DNA from: Amoebophrya sp. A120
Lineage: Eukaryota > Protista > Dinoflagellata
Direction: 5' to 3'
Assembly (NCBI GenBank): GCA_905178155.1
Contig: CAJINV010000030.1
Span: 1-36,047, forward strand
DNA length: 36,047 nt
Each line of letters opens with the position of its first letter. Position 1 is the stretch's first letter. The position numbers and the translations under genes were made by a program. Below, in pieces: positions 33,901-36,047 of this stretch. The notes under the pieces were generated by a model. The model was not told the origin of the DNA. It did not search any database and was given only the letters and a program-made list of their open reading frames with translations.

Positions 33901-36047
33901 AAATGTCTGGGTCTGGAAGAATGCCAGACTTGTCATGCAGGTTTTCCATGACCCATGCGGTCTGGTATGTAGGACATAGCATGACAGATTCTGTGAGAGT
34001 TCTACCATGCATATCCTGCATGAGAAACTGCCTCCCTATTAGATCAAAAGACTTTTGATCTAATAGGGAGGCAGTTTTTACTAATCACGCAACACAGATT
34101 TTTAGATGATCCAGATTTAGCATGACAAGTTACTTACTTTGTTCCAGACCCAGACATTTTTGCATTTGATAGACCAGCAAGAAGTCTTCTAACAATAAAA
34201 GAACAACCGTGAACCCGACCCTGATTGGGGCGCCAGCGGCAGGAGCTACTATCCTCTGCAACAGTATCGTACTTACTAGTAGAAATCGTCATGACAAATT
34301 TGTTTCTCAGCATGAAAAATGAATTTTGTAATGCTGTTTTAGCTTCGGAAGGTGATTTGTTGTCATGCATATCTGCAATTAGCACAAGTGCGTTGGTACT
34401 TTTGCGGTGGATAGCAACCTTTCAGCAGCAACATCCTCCCGGGGGCCGGTTTGGCGACCGGCACCTAGACGAAGGCTCGCCAGACGGGCTGGGCGAGGAG
34501 TCCTCCCCGAGCCTGCGGCCGGGGGAGCAGACGTATGAGAGTGCACAAGCACAACCCCCCGCTCTCATTATCATTATCATTTGTAATGCGAAAACCCAAA
34601 TCCACATCGTACCTCTCAGCACTGTCTGCATGACAAATTTCCGAAGCTCAAACAGTACTGCAGTCCGCACGTAAATTTGTCATGCGGAAGCGACATTTCT
34701 GCCGTTGCTTGTATTGCTGTCCATTCCATACACATGAGGGGAGGGGGAGTTGTGCACTTTCATAAGACGGCCGAGCGGTACAGAAAGCGGCTGGAAACCA
34801 TCGCCAAATACCAAATGTCCGAGGCGGAAAAGCGCGGCCATATGCATCGCAAAAGTATCGTACTCGTACTAATTGCGTTTATGCATTACGAATCTAGTTG
34901 CTAAGGTAAGTCCGCATTACAAGAAAAAATTTCATTTGCAATGCTGACGCAAAAATTTGTAATGCAATTCACACATGTGCGATGCGTTTACAATGCATAG
35001 GTCAGAAGGAAGAGCTAAAAGCGTTGCGCGGGCGGGTGGTGTACTATCAAATGTAAAAATGTCTGGGTCTGGAAGGTTGGAACTTGTGATGCTGTGTCTG
35101 GATTCTAAAAAAAATTGCATAGCATGACCAGCAATAGAATTCCAGTTTGTGCTATCCGGAGAGGCCATTTCTTATGCGGTAGAGGCATCACAAAGGCCTC
35201 TAAAAATTTGTCATGCTAGAGCATGCATCACAGACATCATGAGTCTTTCAAAATATGCATGACAACCTTGGCAAGCTTCCAGACCCAGATTCTTTTACAC
35301 TTGATATGTACCGGTACGGAGCGAAGCGGCTGACGGAAGAGGAGCAAAAGGAACAGGAGAAGAAGGAGCGAGAACAGCGCGAGCAGGAGCGGATCCAGCG
35401 CGAGAACGCGCAACACGAGCAGTCGGAGGCCGCGCGGTTGCGCGCCGAAAGCATGCGGCAAAACGTGCGGGCGTCGGATGAGCTGCTGCGGAGCCCGGGG
35501 CGCCGCCAAAATTCGGCGTCGCCAAAGCAGGGAGTATGACAGCCTCAGAATGGAAATCCTCAATGTGGAAGTAATTTGTGATGCATGAAATGCGACACCA
35601 AAAAGACTGTATTGCAGAGAACGCAATGGAGGCCGACTATTGTGCATCTACGGGTTCAGAATTGGGCTCCTGATTAGCATGAGAGGAGGGCACCCCTTTG
35701 CCTAACTAGCATGACAGACACGTTTTGAGTGCCCGGGAAATTTGTCATGCGCCGACTATAAATGGTGCTCCAACTGGAGTCGTTTTCCTGCATTACAAAC
35801 AAGGTCCGAGCACGGGGACAGAGTCCCCGTGCGGCGACCTTCCGGCATTTGTCTGGGACGAGTTCGGGGGTTGTGGTGGCTGGCACAGGGCGGGCAGGCC
35901 CCTGCAGCTCGGTGCCTCTGTGTGCCCTGCGCTCCCTGATCCGCGACAGACCTACGGACGGAGCTCCTCAGCTTGCCCACACTAGATCCGCTGGCCCACC
36001 GCGAACAGTGAAACAAAGAGAAAAGAAAGGAAGAAGCTGGCGCCGGG
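27996..36047 (+). CDS. Multi-exon gene 2: at least 1285-aa protein with a degenerate EF-hand-like N-terminus, two predicted TM helices and disordered/coiled-coil regions
   Basis: Exons 27996-28022, 28094-28146, 28261-28657, 28853-29701, 29970-30030, 30360-30489, 30732-30986, 31146-31912, 32125-32198, 32356-32418, 32704-32749, 32978-33012, 33312-33888, 34177-34249, 34419-34533, 34770-34840, 35005-35044, 35312-35534 give 3856 nt with no stop (MMKMIADYK-LHTFPSDVKSVYQKYLDDPEINQK...). The last exon (>35770) is unresolved. Confidence 0.85.
28023..28093 (+). other. Canonical GT-AG intron
   Basis: AAG|GTCAGA...TTTGCCAG|CTG, phase 0. Confidence 0.78.
28147..28255. mobile_element. Introner family VIII (109 bp)
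   Basis: TATTCTCGGAAAATTACC...GGTAAATTTTCAGGGAATA; DR GACGA/GACGA. Confidence 0.88.
28658..28852 (+). other. Canonical GT-AG intron
   Basis: AAG|GTACAA...ATGCAG|ATC, phase 0, joins HGIK-IPALF. Confidence 0.78.
29702..29964. mobile_element. Introner family VII, reverse orientation relative to 22803 and 33889
   Basis: TATCAAATATGAAAGTGTCTGGGTCTGGAAGAATGC...GCATTCTTCCAGACCCAGACATTTTTGCATTTGATA; DR AGCAA/AGCAA. Confidence 0.93.
30031..30354. mobile_element. Introner family IX
   Basis: TATCAAAAGGAATAATCCCCCTCCCCATATCAAAA...TTTTGATATGGGGGGAGGGATTTTTCATTTCGATA; DR AAAGG/GAAGG. Confidence 0.9.
30490..30726. mobile_element. Introner family II
   Basis: TATGGCATTCTCAACTGTTACAT...ATGTAAACGTTTGAGAACATCATA; DR GACCA/GACCA. 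Confidence 0.92.
30987..31140. mobile_element. Introner family I
   Basis: TATGAACTGCAAAAG...CTTTTGCACAGGATA; DR GCCAT/GCCAT; removal gives KEA-MKLVQ. Confidence 0.93.
31913..32119. mobile_element. Introner family X
   Basis: TACGCATGGACAAAATAGGTGTTACAGT...ACTGTAACTACTTTTTTTTCCTTGGATA; DR GCAGC/GCAGC. Confidence 0.87.
32199..32350. mobile_element. Introner family I
   Basis: TATGAATTGCACAAGCATCG...CGATACTTTTGCACTGGATA; DR GGTGG/GGTGG. Confidence 0.92.
32419..32698. mobile_element. Introner family III
   Basis: TATCCTATGTAAAAACGTCCCCA...TGGGGACGTTTTTAAATGCGATA; DR GCTTT/GCTTT. Confidence 0.92.
32750..32972. mobile_element. Introner family IV
   Basis: TATGAGAGTGCACAA...TTGTGCGCTCTGATA; DR CGAGG/CAACG; frame restored. 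Confidence 0.87.
33013..33306. mobile_element. Introner family III-like
   Basis: TATCCTGAGCGAAAACGCCCCC...GGGGGCGTTTTTACACAGGATA; DR AGATG/AGATG. Confidence 0.92.
33889..34171. mobile_element. Introner family VII
   Basis: TATCAAATGCAGAAATGTCTGGGTCTGGAA...TTCCAGACCCAGACATTTTTGCATTTGATA; DR GACCA/GACCA. Confidence 0.93.
34250..34413. mobile_element. Introner family I
   Basis: TATCCTCTGCAACAGTATCGTACTT...GTACTTTTGCGGTGGATA; DR GCTAC/GCAAC. Confidence 0.87.
34534..34764. mobile_element. Introner family IV
   Basis: TATGAGAGTGCACAA...TTGTGCACTTTCATA; DR AGACG/AGACG. Confidence 0.92.
34841..34999. mobile_element. Introner family I, reverse orientation
   Basis: TATGCATCGCAAAAGTATCG...CGATGCGTTTACAATGCATA; DR GGCCA/GGTCA; interior TAAGGTAAGTCCGCATT is the reverse complement of the interior of the 19366 copy. 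Confidence 0.88.
35045..35306. mobile_element. Introner family VII-like
   Basis: TATCAAATGTAAAAATGTCTGGGTCTGGAAG...CTTCCAGACCCAGATTCTTTTACACTTGATA; DR TGTAC/TGTAC. Confidence 0.92.
35535..35795. mobile_element. Probable degenerate introner; right end unresolved
   Basis: Starts with TAT where the ORF stops and has internal ATTTGTGATGC, GCATGACA and ATTTGTCATGC motifs, but no clean ATA+DR. Confidence 0.5.

Noticed and set aside
22777-34058. Similar short peptides (KSVLHDYQ..., PDPDIFAFD, YELQKYRTR) suggesting a gene family or mini-transposase
   Set aside because: They are translations of family VII and family I elements, too short and with stops or frameshifts that differ between copies.
1-36047. 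rRNA, tRNA, hammerhead ribozyme or autonomous transposase/RT
   Set aside because: No recognisable motifs by eye; covariance-model and HMM searches were not run.

Overview
Eukaryotic DNA in two parts; the intron architecture resembles the introner-rich dinoflagellate parasite Amoebophrya (taxon is my inference). (1) 1-~19090 is a non-coding train of GC-rich tandem arrays (9 arrays; monomers ~84-175 bp). It contains an internal inversion and a ~180-bp non-repetitive block that recurs at the right end of two array trains. The long ORFs here are repeat artefacts. (2) ~19200-36047 holds two large + strand genes broken by at least 27 MITE-like insertions of 109-324 bp from about 10 families. They begin TAT/TAC and end ATA (one ATG), carry terminal inverted repeats (TIRs) and are flanked by a 5-bp direct repeat (DR), perfect in 15 and 4/5 in 7. 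For 24 consecutive copies, removing the element plus one DR copy restores one continuous reading frame, yet 22 of 27 cannot be GT-AG or GC-AG at any register. They therefore behave as non-canonical transposon-derived introns, work in both orientations and share an internal GCATGACAAAT motif. A few canonical GT-AG introns occur in the same genes; one probable 2.9-kb intron holds a minisatellite element with a Helitron-like end.
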